Part shown: piece after piece, positions 62,990 to 64,000 of the stretch
Layout of the letters: each line of letters starts with the position of its first letter
Numbering within the stretch: position 1 is the first letter of the stretch
Assembly: GCF_009914755.1 (NCBI RefSeq)
Contig: NC_060933.1
Direction: 5' to 3' (one strand)
From: the human T2T-CHM13v2.0 reference genome, Homo sapiens
DNA: 64,000 nucleotides
The notes under the pieces: model-generated
What the model saw: the letters and a program-made list of their open reading frames with translations, nothing else
What the model was told of the DNA's origin: nothing
The model's database searches: none
Program-made: the position numbers and the translations under genes

Positions 62990-64000
62990 AGATCGAACTG
63001 CAAGGCAGCAGCGAGACTAGGGGAGGAGCGCCCGCCATTGCTGAGGCTTGAGTAGGTAAACAAAGCAGCCAGGAAGCTCAAACTGGGTAGAGCCCACCAC
63101 AGCTCAAGGAGGCCTGCCTGCCTCTGTAGACTCCACCTCTGGGGGCAGGGCATAGCTGAATAAAAGGCAGCAGAAACTTCTACAGACTTAAACGTCCCTG
63201 TCTGACAGCTTTGAAGAGAGTAGTGGTTCTCCCAGCACGGAATTTGAGATCTGAGAATGTACAGACTGCCTCCACAAGTGGGTCCCTGACCCCCGAGTAG
63301 CCTAACTGGGAGGCACCTCCAAGTAGGGGCAGACTGACACCTCATACGGCAGGGTGTCCCTCTGAGACGAAGCTTCCATAGGAACGACCAGGCAGCAACA
63401 TTTGCTGTTCTGCAATATTTGCGGTTGTGCAGCCTCTGCTGGTGATACCCAGGCAAACAGGGTCTGGACTGGACCTCCAGCAAACTCCAACAGACCTGCA
63501 GCTGAGGGTCCTGACTGTTAGAAGAAAAACTAACAAACAGAAAGGACATCCACACCAAAACCCCATCTGTACGTCACCATCATCAAAGGCCAAAGGTAGA
63601 TAAAACCACAAAGAAGGGGAGAAACCAGAACAGAAAAGCTGAAAATTCTAAAAATCAGAGCACCTCTTCTCCTTCAAAGGAATGCAGCTCCTCATCAGCA
63701 ATGGAACAAAGCGGGACGGAGAATGACTTTGATGAGTTGAGAGAAGAAGGTTTCAGATGATCTGTGCACATGTACCCTAAAACTTAAAGTATAATTAAAA
63801 AAAAAAAGAAAAAAGAAAAAAGAAGGCTTCAGATGATCGATAATAACAAACTTCTCTGAGCTAAAGGAGGATGTTCGAACCCACTGCAAAGAAGCTAAAA
63901 ACCTTCAAAAAAGATTACACGAATGGCTAACTAGAATAAACAGTGTAGAGAAGTCCTTAAATGACCTGATGGAGCAGAAACCATGGCAAAAGAACCACAT
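62990..64000 (+). mobile_element. L1PA (about PA5-PA8) partial 5' UTR and ORF1 start, continuing beyond the window
   Basis: 5' UTR sequence gatcgaactgcaaggc...cgcccgccattgc...gacttaaacgtccctgtctgacagctttgaagagag. ORF1 remnant GRNQNRKAENSKNQSTSSP, with the ATG mutated to AAG near 63614. Confidence 0.92.
63763..63819 (+). mobile_element. Extremely 5'-truncated young L1PA (last ~33 nt plus poly-A) inserted in L1 ORF1
   Basis: tgtgcacatgtaccctaaaacttaaagtataat plus an A tail. TSD aagaagg(t/c)ttcagatgatc at 63744-63762 and 63820-63838. Confidence 0.9.

Noticed and set aside
62977-63558. 193-aa minus-strand ORF
   Set aside because: Antisense reading of the L1 5' UTR, in a different frame from ORF0, with no support as a protein.

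Overview
Primate, almost certainly human, genomic DNA that is AT-rich and repeat-dense. The window lies inside a CNTNAP3-family gene on the minus strand; the residues best fit CNTNAP3B as I recall it, but the near-identical paralogues cannot be separated with certainty by eye. Six internal coding exons are present (148, 204, 185, 144, 262 and 144 nt, equivalent to exons 4-9). All have GT-AG boundaries and together give one open frame encoding the end of the discoidin (F5/8 type C) domain and laminin-G domains 1 and 2. The introns hold a processed RBM17 pseudogene, an old processed NSA2 pseudogene, a 7SL pseudogene, a decayed class I ERV with a tRNA-Ser-type primer binding site and nested solo LTRs, and many Alu, L1, L2, MaLR and DNA-transposon remnants. 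The most notable observations are: (1) exons 5-9 total 939 nt with matching phase, so a back-spliced circle would carry a stop-free ORF; (2) the RBM17 pseudogene carries an inverted ~200-bp copy of its own downstream flank; (3) the sense-oriented ERV keeps LTR, PBS and a strong splice donor upstream of exon 4; (4) an Alu inserted into an Alu forms a palindrome with a 7-nt loop; (5) a ~57-bp young L1 sits inside an older L1. Repeat subfamily names come from memory of consensus sequences, and repeat boundaries are approximate.
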